DNA from: Armatimonadota bacterium
Lineage (GTDB): Bacteria > Armatimonadota > HRBIN16
Direction of reading: 5' to 3'
Assembly: GCA_963677485.1 (NCBI GenBank)
Contig: OY781964.1
Location: 4,480,001-4,544,000 of the forward strand
Length of the DNA: 64,000 nucleotides
Part shown: positions 10,620 to 19,900 of the stretch, piece by piece
Position numbering within the stretch: the first letter of the stretch is position 1
Layout of the letters: each line of letters opens with the position of its first letter
Notes under the pieces: model-generated
Told to the model about the DNA's origin: nothing
What the model saw: only the letters and a program-made list of their open reading frames with translations
Databases searched by the model: none
Program-made: the position numbers and the translations under genes

Positions 10620-13016
10620 ATGAAAATATCTGCTGTCTGCACGCTGATCTGTGCCATTTTCGCTATGTCTGTGGGATCACAAGCCATGAAGATCACATCC
10701 GGGCAACCGAGCAATATCTTTGTCTCTCAACAGCGCATCGTACTTAAGATATCTGGTGCGGTAGGAGACGCCCAATATGAACTGAAAGATTACTACGGAA
10801 AACTCATCGCTCAGGGCAAACCTGTGATGCAGAATGGCCAGTTGCAAATCGGTGTTAAAGGGTGCTCACCCGGCTGGTACGAGCTGAGCTGCTCCGACAA
10901 GGCTGGTACACAGCGGATATCCCTGGGTGTCGTCATTGACCGTAAGGGGGCCCCGTTGCCATATGGTGGCCGAATCTGCGCAGACGCTGCCAGCGCCTGG
11001 TTATTAGCTAACACGGCGCAGAGAAAGCCGTTCGCCCAAATCGTGGCGAAAGCCGGTATCCCATGGATCAGGGAGCGGTTAAGTTGGGAGGGGATCGAAA
11101 AGCAGCCAGGCAAATATGATTGGTCGCATTTTCAATCTACGGCTGACACTCTTAAGGATGCAGGGATCCATGTGTTTCAAGTCTGGCACATGACACCTGA
11201 ATGGACTCGAGCCAAATCGCCAAAGAGCACGCTCTATCCAGCCGATTTACGCAATGTATACAAATTCACCAGGGCGGCTACCAGCAAGTTTGGTAAACAA
11301 TGGCAAGCCTGGGAGGCGTGGAACGAGCCCGATATCGCATTCTGGCCGGACCTTAGTGATCGGTTGAGTGGATACCTCAAAGCGGCTTATCTGGGCCTTA
11401 AAGCGGGTGATGCTGACGCCACGGTATTGCAGTGCTCGCTGTGTACAGGGCCTTCTCAGTTTTCCAAAGGGCTGTACCAAAATGGCGTCGGAAATTATTA
11501 CGATGTGTTCAACTGGCATCTGTATAACACACCCGATTCGCTTCCCGAGTCATTAGCGGCCTATCGAACCCAATTAGCAGAGTTCAAACTTAACGGTAGA
11601 CCAAGCTGGATATCGGAAGCCGGTATACGCCTTACAGGAAGTGAAGGCGATGGGAAACGGCTGCTGAATGATGATAAGCAGCGTCTGCAGTGCCAGTTCA
11701 TGCCGCAGTCGGCCGTGATGTCGCTGGTGGCTGGCAATGACAAGCACTTCTTCTTTGTGCTGCCGGACTACCTTGAGAACGGTGTGCAGTTTGGTGTCTT
11801 GAAGCCAGACCTGACTCCTTACCCGGGTTTTGTGGCATTGTCGACGGCAGCCAATATGCTGGCATCGGTGGAATACAAAGGCGAGTATCGTCTAAAAGTG
11901 GCTAAGTCATCAGTACATCTCTTTTCAACCCCTACTGGCAACATGTTGGTGGCATGGTCTGAAAAGCCTGCTACTGTCACTATTCCCACTGAAAAAGCTG
12001 GGATCACAGTGAAAGATATATTCGGAAACGAACAGCGTCTAGCGGCCGGTAATGGCAGTGTGTCCGTGAAAATCGGCCCCGAAGCGGTTTATATACTCGG
12101 TATTGGCAAGAAGATTGTTCCCAGCTTGGTCGGCAAGGTGATACCTCGCGGCAAGCTTCCAAAGCTGAACCCGTCGAAGATCGTGGTAGTAGGCCACTCG
12201 GTGATGGGTAATAACAAGGGCAATGACTGCTATGTCATCCAAAACGCAGATGCCAAAAGTTTCGTCTACACTGTCGAAGCTTATAACTTCAATGAAAAGA
12301 GCGTGAGTTCCGGCTCGATTACCGTGAGTGTGCCGAGTGGCTGGAGGGTTGATCAACCAACACGTAAAGTGAAACTGGCTGCCATGGGACGGCAGGAACT
12401 GCAGTTTACAATCCAACCTTCGGAGCCACAGCTAGGTATGTTTGATGTGAAAGTGAACCCTCAGTTTGGTAAACCACAGGCCGAATCGGCTGTCAGCCAC
12501 TTCATGTATGATGTGGCACAGTTACAGCCTACGAAGAGACGGCCTATGGGCCTGATTGACGCCAAAGTGTGGCAGAAGGCGATTGGTGAGGGTGGGGTTG
12601 TTGACGTCAGCCTCACTCCCGATGGCTGGCTGCAGATCGATTCGCGGTTCACGGGGAATTCCGATAGGTGGTCGTACCCGTTCGTGAAGTTTGAACCGGC
12701 ACAGGACTACTCGGAATTTGACGGTATCTCTTTTGATCTCGATTCGAGTTTTGAAGACGAGAAGTCGCTGATTCAAATCATGCTGGTAAAAAAGAATGGA
12801 GCACACTACATCCACTCAATGCCAAAGGGCAAGGGGAAGCGGCAGGTCGTGGTTTTGTTCCAAAACATGAACCATCTTGCATTCATGCCAAACGATCCTG
12901 AACGTAAGTTGACGTTGAATGAGATATCTGAGATCAAACTTGGCTGTAATACGACCGCCGATCGTCTGACCTTTAGTGTCTGCAATATGCAGCTAGTGAA
13001 ATATCCAAAGCGATAA
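10620..13016 (+). CDS. Secreted clan GH-A (GH39/GH5-like) glycoside hydrolase with accessory beta domains
   Basis: Signal peptide, WEAWNEPD acid/base motif, WISEAG nucleophile motif. Confidence 0.65.
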   Translation: MKISAVCTLICAIFAMSVGSQAMKITSGQPSNIFVSQQRIVLKISGAVGDAQYELKDYYGKLIAQGKPVMQNGQLQIGVKGCSPGWYELSCSDKAGTQRISLGVVIDRKGAPLPYGGRICADAASAWLLANTAQRKPFAQIVAKAGIPWIRERLSWEGIEKQPGKYDWSHFQSTADTLKDAGIHVFQVWHMTPEWTRAKSPKSTLYPADLRNVYKFTRAATSKFGKQWQAWEAWNEPDIAFWPDLSDRLSGYLKAAYLGLKAGDADATVLQCSLCTGPSQFSKGLYQNGVGNYYDVFNWHLYNTPDSLPESLAAYRTQLAEFKLNGRPSWISEAGIRLTGSEGDGKRLLNDDKQRLQCQFMPQSAVMSLVAGNDKHFFFVLPDYLENGVQFGVLKPDLTPYPGFVALSTAANMLASVEYKGEYRLKVAKSSVHLFSTPTGNMLVAWSEKPATVTIPTEKAGITVKDIFGNEQRLAAGNGSVSVKIGPEAVYILGIGKKIVPSLVGKVIPRGKLPKLNPSKIVVVGHSVMGNNKGNDCYVIQNADAKSFVYTVEAYNFNEKSVSSGSITVSVPSGWRVDQPTRKVKLAAMGRQELQFTIQPSEPQLGMFDVKVNPQFGKPQAESAVSHFMYDVAQLQPTKRRPMGLIDAKVWQKAIGEGGVVDVSLTPDGWLQIDSRFTGNSDRWSYPFVKFEPAQDYSEFDGISFDLDSSFEDEKSLIQIMLVKKNGAHYIHSMPKGKGKRQVVVLFQNMNHLAFMPNDPERKLTLNEISEIKLGCNTTADRLTFSVCNMQLVKYPKR

Positions 13017-13036
13017 CGCAAAGGTAGGGTGGGACA

Positions 13037-14143
13037 ATGGGCTATAACCTGAAGAGAGCCATCTTGGCTCTGAGTATCTGGACGATTACGGCGGGATGCA
13101 TGGGGGCTCCACCCACTTCCCGGCCATTCCGAATGGGTTTTAGCCCATGGCCATACGCTATGACCCTGGACGCCGTCTCTGAGACCAATAAGTTCGTAAC
13201 CAGTTATGGGGATATTCTGAGCGAACAAATCGACGAGAGTATCCCCTGGATTGAATCTGCAAAAGGCCTGCCGTATCCGGCAGGCTTTGTCGCAAAAATG
13301 GACGGCAGACGGAAGCGGCTGGGCAGTGCTCAGAAACGGGTGCTATACATAACTCCATTGAACACCGGAAGAAACGGGCTGCTCGCGGCATATGCTGAAC
13401 CTGGCAAACCCAAACCGGCAAGCTGGGAGAAACGCCGCATCAACGATCCTGAAGTCATCAAGGCTTATACTGCTTACTGCATATGGATGGTGAAGTTCTT
13501 CAAACCCGACTACCTGGTTTACGGTATCGAAACCAACGAGTATCTGAAGAATGTACCCGGACAGTGGGCGAACTTCCTGGTATTCTCAAAACAAGTCCGC
13601 AAGGCGATTAAGAAAGCCTATCCCACACTTCCGGTCAGCGAGTCGGTGACAGTCCACCAACTGCTTGAACCCAATCAGCCAGACATGATCAAATACCAAA
13701 CGCAAATCAAGCAGTTTGTGGCAGATCATGACTTTTTCGCGGTGAGTTTCTACCCATTCCTCCGTGGACAAAAAAACAGGGGGGATATCTCGAAAAGCCT
13801 GGACTTTATCCACGGTTTTAGCAACAAGCCGATCGCGTTCTGTGAAACCGGCCAACCAGCCGAAACGCTGGAAATCGCATCATTCAAGCTGGTGTATCCT
13901 CTGACACCTGAAGACCAAAACGCCTATATGAAGACACTTTTTGAGTATGCTCAGAAGGACAAGTATCTATTTGTGATCTGGTGGACATATCATGATTTTG
14001 ATGCTCTCTGGGAGGTGTTTCCGGCGGAGATGAAGGACTTGGGCCGTTGCTGGCGTGATATCGGCCTGCTCGATCAGGACGGCAATAAGCGTTTGAGCTA
14101 CCAGACCTGGATGAATACGCTTGCATTGCCGGTCAAGCGATAG
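13037..14143 (+). CDS. Secreted clan GH-A glycoside hydrolase (GH53-like)
   Basis: Signal peptide, GIETNE, AVSFYP, KPIAFCETG motifs. Confidence 0.55.
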   Translation: MGYNLKRAILALSIWTITAGCMGAPPTSRPFRMGFSPWPYAMTLDAVSETNKFVTSYGDILSEQIDESIPWIESAKGLPYPAGFVAKMDGRRKRLGSAQKRVLYITPLNTGRNGLLAAYAEPGKPKPASWEKRRINDPEVIKAYTAYCIWMVKFFKPDYLVYGIETNEYLKNVPGQWANFLVFSKQVRKAIKKAYPTLPVSESVTVHQLLEPNQPDMIKYQTQIKQFVADHDFFAVSFYPFLRGQKNRGDISKSLDFIHGFSNKPIAFCETGQPAETLEIASFKLVYPLTPEDQNAYMKTLFEYAQKDKYLFVIWWTYHDFDALWEVFPAEMKDLGRCWRDIGLLDQDGNKRLSYQTWMNTLALPVKR

Positions 14144-14144
14144 C

Positions 14145-14894
14145 ATGGACGAAACAGAGCTTCATCCGCCATCGAACCCGGTCTTGGTGCGCCTGGTCAA
14201 AGTCATCGCTGTGGTGGCGGTTATACAGGTCAGCTCCATCAGCGCTTTTATATTGATTGGATCCAAATCGCTGCCTCACAAGGCGGTGATCGGAATGATT
14301 CTGGGACTGGTGCTCTTTTGGATCATCACCGGCGGACTGCTTGCGTTGCGGTATAAGCAGGCGGTCCGGTGCTGGGTGTTGCGGCTGCCAGGGAGTTGGC
14401 AGTTGAAGTTCGTGATATTCGCGACCGTGATGGCCTTGCTTGAGGAAGTCGTGACCGTCAGCATGACCAACTGCGCACCACTGTTTGGGGTCAAGATGGG
14501 GCAGGCCTATATCACTGCATCAGCCAACTACTTTGATGTAGTGCTGGGGCATAGCGTGATTGTGTTCATCCCGCAATACATCGCCTGGGCTTGGGTATTG
14601 ACGAAGTATCAGCTTTCACCGGTCTCAGTGTTTTTGATTTATGGTGTTCAAGGACTAACGGGTGAGGCGATGTTCGGCGGAGTCGCCCACTTGTTGAATA
14701 TGTTCTGGATGTTTGTATACGGTATGATGGTCTATCTGCCCGCTTATTGCATTCCAGTAAATCGAGGAGCTGTTCGGGCTGACTGGGGGATCATATGGCG
14801 GATGTTCGTGCTGTTCATCAGCCCTGGGTTGTTTGCAGCGGTCGTGATGAAGCTGCACCCTGTGAAGATCCATTTCCCGCCAATTGCCCCCTGA
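14145..14894 (+). CDS. Multi-pass membrane protein (possible CPBP/PrsW-like)
   Basis: About seven hydrophobic segments and an LLEE motif in a helix. Confidence 0.55.
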   Translation: MDETELHPPSNPVLVRLVKVIAVVAVIQVSSISAFILIGSKSLPHKAVIGMILGLVLFWIITGGLLALRYKQAVRCWVLRLPGSWQLKFVIFATVMALLEEVVTVSMTNCAPLFGVKMGQAYITASANYFDVVLGHSVIVFIPQYIAWAWVLTKYQLSPVSVFLIYGVQGLTGEAMFGGVAHLLNMFWMFVYGMMVYLPAYCIPVNRGAVRADWGIIWRMFVLFISPGLFAAVVMKLHPVKIHFPPIAP

Positions 14895-14916
14895 ATTTCA
14901 TGCGGAGAAATCGACT

Positions 14917-15582
14917 ATGGTGCGTGTAAACAACTGTAAATCCGTCAAAACTATAAAGTGCTGGATTCTCTGTTCCATTGTGGTGCTGCTGCTTGCAGTC
15001 GCCATGCTGCCGCTTTGGGCGTTTCGGTATGTCCGGTCGAATACCACATGGATGATTGTGGAGCCTCAGAGGATCAGTGGTAAGTGTATTGCCATCGTGC
15101 CTGGGGCGAATATTCATTCAGATGGCACTCCGAGCATGGTCTTGCGGATGCGGCTTGATAAAGCGATCGAGCTGTATAAAGACGGTCATGTACAAAAGCT
15201 ACTGGTGAGCGGAGATAACCGCTTCAAGCATTACAACGAACCAGATGCCATGAAGAGCTACGCGATACAACACGGTGTGCCCTCAGAGGACGTTGTTTGT
15301 GACTATGCTGGTCGACGCACCTACGACACGATGTATCGAGCGAGGAACCTGTTCAGGGTATCCCACAGCGTGATCGTAACTCAAGACAGGTTCATGGGAC
15401 GAAGCCTGTATCTGGCGAAGTCAGTGCATCTCGACGCTGTAGGTGTGATCGCTGATACCCCGCCCGGTTTACCTGGAATGAGCCGTGAGTATCTGGCCTG
15501 CGTCAGTGCCTGGCTGGATGTGAATATACTGCACCCAAGCCCGGTGATGGGTGAACCGGAGCCGATCGTGTTCTATCGTTAA
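14917..15582 (+). CDS. SanA/ElyC (DUF218) family protein
   Basis: N-terminal TM, LLVSGDN, YNEPDAMK, DYAGRRTYDT, RE motifs. Confidence 0.88.
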   Translation: MVRVNNCKSVKTIKCWILCSIVVLLLAVAMLPLWAFRYVRSNTTWMIVEPQRISGKCIAIVPGANIHSDGTPSMVLRMRLDKAIELYKDGHVQKLLVSGDNRFKHYNEPDAMKSYAIQHGVPSEDVVCDYAGRRTYDTMYRARNLFRVSHSVIVTQDRFMGRSLYLAKSVHLDAVGVIADTPPGLPGMSREYLACVSAWLDVNILHPSPVMGEPEPIVFYR

Positions 15583-15615
15583 GAAGCTTCAATCTCGGTT
15601 ATTGGGGATGTATCG

Positions 15616-16299
15616 GTGGATGATGTGATTAATAAAGGCGTACAAGTGCGAATTGGAGTTGCGCTGCTATTCTGGCTGGTTGTAGTTGGCTATATGGTTA
15701 GGCCAGACATCACCCAGTTTGTGCCGTCACCGTTATTGAAGGCCGCTCCGATTTTACTACTGGCCGTGTATTCAGCATTCAATCTACGCAGTAAGGGCAC
15801 CATTCTTGTGTTTGGCCTTGTTTTATCGGCGTGTGGCGACATCGCTGGTGATGTGCCCGGTGGTGGTTTTATACCGCAGGTTGGTGTCTTTCTCATCGCT
15901 CAAATCGCTTATACCATCACCTTCGCAAAAGAGGTCAGTTGGAACCGCGCCAGATTGGCGGTGATTGTGCCGCTAGTGGCCTGGATGTGTTTCATGGCGG
16001 TGCGGCTGATGGCATCGAGTGACCTGCAGAACCAGGTGCTTGCGACCGCCGTTGGAATATACCTGATCGCTATTACATGTATGGCGATATCCGCCATATT
16101 GCGTAGGGCCGATATGTGGTGGGTGGTGGCCGCTGGTGCGGTGTTGTTTGTGTTCTCTGACTCAGTTATCGCCTGGAGCCGTTTCATCGCCGAGTGGCCG
16201 AATTCCGGTTGGGTGGTGATGTGGAGTTACTACCTCGCCCAGTTTTTAATCGCATTTGGATATACTAGCCGTAAAATAAACGCCAAAATCAATGCATAA
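15616..16299 (+). CDS. YhhN/lysoplasmalogenase family membrane protein
   Basis: LK..P, SACGD, GAVLFVFSDS, YYLAQ motifs. Confidence 0.85.
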   Translation: MDDVINKGVQVRIGVALLFWLVVVGYMVRPDITQFVPSPLLKAAPILLLAVYSAFNLRSKGTILVFGLVLSACGDIAGDVPGGGFIPQVGVFLIAQIAYTITFAKEVSWNRARLAVIVPLVAWMCFMAVRLMASSDLQNQVLATAVGIYLIAITCMAISAILRRADMWWVVAAGAVLFVFSDSVIAWSRFIAEWPNSGWVVMWSYYLAQFLIAFGYTSRKINAKINA

Positions 16300-16376
16300 A
16301 CCATGCATGTTGGTTCACATAAGGGGTACACTAAAGATGTTCCGGTAACCGATCAAATCGGTAGGAGGATTCAGTT

Positions 16377-16490
16377 ATGGGTGAAAAATCTCCCAAAAAA
16401 GAAGTTAAGTCGCCAAAGAAAGACATCAAAGAGAAGCGCCGCGAGAAACAAGAGAAGAAGGACAGTAAGGGATCTATTACTGCTCCGTAG
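16377..16490 (+). CDS. 37-aa lysine-rich small protein (absent from the ORF track)
   Basis: AGGAGG RBS then MGEKSPKKEVKSPKKDIKEKRREKQEKKDSKGSITAP*, with a terminator downstream. Confidence 0.65.
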   Translation: MGEKSPKKEVKSPKKDIKEKRREKQEKKDSKGSITAP

Positions 16491-16598
16491 ATTGATATTG
16501 CTCGTATCGCCTTCTTGATATCTGTCACGAACTCTGAATAGAGTTCATGGTTGATGACGGTTAGTTCATAATACAACCGTCACACAATGACCGACTTA

Positions 16599-16628
16599 CC
16601 GGGTTCCGTACTGGAACCCGGCTTTTTA
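16599..16628 (+). terminator. Intrinsic terminator
   Basis: CCGGGTTCC-GTACT-GGAACCCGG followed by CTTTTTA. Confidence 0.75.
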
Positions 16629-16662
16629 TCGCGTTTTTTAAGCTTAAGAATTAGGGGGCATT

Positions 16663-17538
16663 ATGCATACACGCGTCGTTAGAATACTCACCATGGTGTT
16701 TGTCATATCATCATCAATATCACACGCTGCACCGACCATTGGTCAGTGGAACCCGATTTTCAAGGGTGTAGATGAGCTGACCGCTAGCTGTTCTGAAAAC
16801 GACCCAAGGATGATGAAGATATTCGCAATACGTATTGATACGAAAGCTCAAGGAATCCAGTTTACGACTACAGAACGAAGCAATCCATATAAGATTGACA
16901 CCAGTGAAACCCGGCGCATACCGACCAAGCTGTTCCTGACGAGTTCGAAGTGTCAGGTGGCGATCAATGCTGACTTCTTCAGCCCGTTTGTACCCGCTTA
17001 CCAGTCGAGTTACACCAACTTGCTGCACCTGAGCGTCTCTAAAGGTGAAGTTGTGTCACCACCCACAGACGGTGCCAGTGTGTTAATCACCCGAGACAAT
17101 AAGGTGTCGATCATACCCACCACGCCCAACACAAGTCTGAACAACGTCTGGACGGCTGTGAGCGGCTCTGGCATGGTGCTGATAGACGGTAACGCCATTG
17201 AAGGTGATACCGCGTTACATCCTCGTTCCTCGGCCGGAGTATCCAAAGATGGCCGGTATTTCTATCTGATGGCTATTGATGGCCGTCAGAAAGGCTGGAG
17301 TGATGGAGCTACCACTAAAGAAGTGGGCGAGTGGCTGGCCCGTCTAGGAGCCTATAATGGCCTGAATCTGGATGGCGGCGGCTCGACAACTCTGGTAAAA
17401 ATGAGCAATGGTGGTCAGCCTGTGGTGCTGAACAGTCCGGTCGGCTGGGCAGATATGAACGGTAATTCGCTGCGTGGGCGTGAGCGGTTCAATGGTAATA
17501 GCCTTGGCGTCTATGCTCAACCGCTGCGTCTCAAATAA
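16663..17538 (+). CDS. Phosphodiester glycosidase (NAGPA) family protein
   Basis: AINADFF, HPRS, IDGRQ, LNLDGGGST motifs; signal peptide. Confidence 0.88.
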   Translation: MHTRVVRILTMVFVISSSISHAAPTIGQWNPIFKGVDELTASCSENDPRMMKIFAIRIDTKAQGIQFTTTERSNPYKIDTSETRRIPTKLFLTSSKCQVAINADFFSPFVPAYQSSYTNLLHLSVSKGEVVSPPTDGASVLITRDNKVSIIPTTPNTSLNNVWTAVSGSGMVLIDGNAIEGDTALHPRSSAGVSKDGRYFYLMAIDGRQKGWSDGATTKEVGEWLARLGAYNGLNLDGGGSTTLVKMSNGGQPVVLNSPVGWADMNGNSLRGRERFNGNSLGVYAQPLRLK

Positions 17539-17554
17539 CATAGCCAGCATTGAT

Positions 17555-17598
17555 CGAAACTCCGGCAGATGAGTATCAACCCATCCACCGGAGTTTCG
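17555..17598. terminator. Inverted repeat between convergent genes
   Basis: CGAAACTCCGG...CCGGAGTTTCG. Confidence 0.5.
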
Positions 17599-17608
17599 CG
17601 AGATTTGG

Positions 17609-18706
17609 TCAGTCGGCTTGGGCACCGAAGTTCATGTCGATGATCACATAGTCGAAGAGGTTGACTTGACCGTCACCATCAAGGTCGGCCATGGTGTTTG
17701 CGGAACCGAATGATGAATCCAGCACCACCATGTCAAATAGATTGATCTGACCATCACCATCGGCATCACCGTTGATCAGTACCGTATTGACGGTGTTCCC
17801 GCTGCCAACTTGAACGCCCGAAATCACCCTTCTTAGGAAGTGATTGCTAGATAGAGTCAGACTGTATGTTCCTGACTGCAAAGCACTGATCCGCGCTTTA
17901 CCTGAGTCATCTAGCGTCAATGCGCCTGTATATGTTTGAGCACCGGCCAGGCTGTAGCTAAGCTTTATCGTGCTAAGGGTGCCCTTATACCCTGTGCCAG
18001 GATCAACCGATATATCTAGTGCTGGCAGCAGATCATCCTGCAGAATACTCACGTTGTCGAGGAAGCAGTTGTCGCCACCCCACCAGTACTCCCCTCGGAT
18101 GAGCAGTGTTGCCAAGTCCGAGAGTACATACCGTAGATCATCCGCAGTTGCTGCAGTCCCCTGTAGAGAGTTGACTTTCCATCCGCCCTCACTGAATGGC
18201 ACACGGTAGTTGGCCCATTCCGAAGTGGGGTCAGTAGGGATATCATATACCACTACTTTCCCTCCCCCGATGAGCACAATATCCGCGTCAAGCCAGAGTG
18301 CGCTGCCCTCAGTTCGTAGATCGAACGTTAACGCCCCGCCACATGCTGCCTGTTTGTCGCCAAGGAATGCGGCCGGAGCTTGCCAGTAGAACGTGACCCC
18401 ATTGGGGTCTGTCGATGACACACATCCTCCTGAGGTGCCCATATCTGTGTGATATGTGGGTGATATAGGGTTCGTAATCCGATCGTATGGTCCATTATCC
18501 GGCACATCAACGACCTTCCAGCCTTCGTCGCCGTTATCGAAACCGCTATGAACAATTATTGTCTCAGAAGGGAGGTCCGTGTTTATCTGCGTTTTGAGGG
18601 GTGATGACATCACCGTTAGGACACAGATGAGTAGCAACACTAGGTAGAATGGGGTAGTTACATGACGCGTTTGGATTCGCGCCCTGGTGTTATGCACGAA
18701 CGTCAT
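17609..18706 (-). CDS. Laminin-B (domain IV)-like protein with Ig-like and C-terminal dockerin-like domains
   Basis: YWQAPAAFLGDK..GGALTF and VLSDLATLLIRGEY (laminin IV); paired GDADGDGQINLFD / ADLDGDGQVNLFD EF-hand repeats. Confidence 0.75.
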   Translation of the reverse strand: MTFVHNTRARIQTRHVTTPFYLVLLLICVLTVMSSPLKTQINTDLPSETIIVHSGFDNGDEGWKVVDVPDNGPYDRITNPISPTYHTDMGTSGGCVSSTDPNGVTFYWQAPAAFLGDKQAACGGALTFDLRTEGSALWLDADIVLIGGGKVVVYDIPTDPTSEWANYRVPFSEGGWKVNSLQGTAATADDLRYVLSDLATLLIRGEYWWGGDNCFLDNVSILQDDLLPALDISVDPGTGYKGTLSTIKLSYSLAGAQTYTGALTLDDSGKARISALQSGTYSLTLSSNHFLRRVISGVQVGSGNTVNTVLINGDADGDGQINLFDMVVLDSSFGSANTMADLDGDGQVNLFDYVIIDMNFGAQAD

Positions 18707-18748
18707 TTCATTTACTCCTTATGTTCAGCCGGAGTGGTTCGTCGCCAA

Positions 18749-19824
18749 TCAGTCGGCCTGGGCACCGAAGTTAGTGTCGATGATCACGTAGTCGAACAGG
18801 TTGACAAGCCCACTGCCGTCGAGGTCCGCCATGGCATTTGCCGAACCAAATGATGAATCCAGCACCACCATGTCGAACAGATTGATCATTCCGTCGCCAT
18901 CGGAATCGCCGTTTGTGATTGAGGTGTTAACGGGAGTATCGCCACTTAGAACGATGTCTTGTATTGCCCTCCTAAGCCAGTGAGTGCTGTTCAATTATAC
19001 GTGCCCGGCTGGATGGACGGGATCACTGCTGTGCCTGATGAACTTAAAGTGACAGTTCCGCTGTAGTTCATTGGGCCTGAAAGCATGTAGTTCAGGCTGA
19101 TCCCGCTGAGTGCGCCTATGTAGTGTGAGCCAGGGTCAACGGTCAGATTGATCGAGTCCGTGCTTGCGAACTTCGACAGGTAGACATTATCGAGGTAACC
19201 AGTTTCTGCACCCCAGCGGTACTCACCGCGGATGTAGAATCCAGTAAGCTGTGCCAGAACCTCACGGAACTGCTGCTCAGTGACGGCTGCGCCGCTGAGG
19301 TTACCCAACTTCCAGCCAGTCTCACTTAAAGGTGCTATCATGGCCTTCCATGTGGTGCCGGGGTTGCCGACAACGTTATACGAGATCACACGGCCTGCGC
19401 CGATGAGCACTACATCCGCTGTATCGAAGTAGTCGCCACCGATCGAAATCATGTCGTATATGAGCTCGCCGCCGTAGGCATCAGACTTGTCGCCCAGGAA
19501 GGAATCAGGTGCTTTGAAGAAGAATGTGTTGCTGGAAGGGTCAGTGCCCGAAATGCATCCTCCAGGGTTACCTGAGGATGAATTGTATGTGGCATCATAC
19601 AGGCCATACGGATGATCGTATGGTCCATTATCTGGCATGTCTATGATCCGCCACCCGTCCACGCCGCTATCGAAGGTGCTCGAAGCCACAATACCATCAC
19701 CGGGATCAATCGCAAGCAGTGGGGTTGCCAGCCCAAAACTTGCCAGCAGCCAGATTGACATGCAGAATGCGATGGTCGCGAATCCGCACGTATAGTTGGT
19801 CACGCGCTGATAAATTGTCTTCAT
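18749..19824 (-). pseudogene. Frameshifted paralog of the laminin-B/dockerin-like gene
   Basis: Starts at 19824 with an AAGGAGG RBS. ...PGTYN* ends at 18991 and NSTHWLRR...dockerin continues in another frame. Comparison with the paralog implies a deletion of about 7 nt. Confidence 0.75.
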
Positions 19825-19900
19825 GAATAACCTCCTTGAGTTTGAGCACAGAATGTTCATTGTTGATAAATATACAAAGAGATAATCACTAATGGTTGTC

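Noticed and set aside
17609-18915. Near-identical dockerin-coding DNA as a DGR template/variable repeat pair
   Set aside because: Both copies are coding ends of paralogs, the differences are not adenine-specific, and no reverse transcriptase is present.
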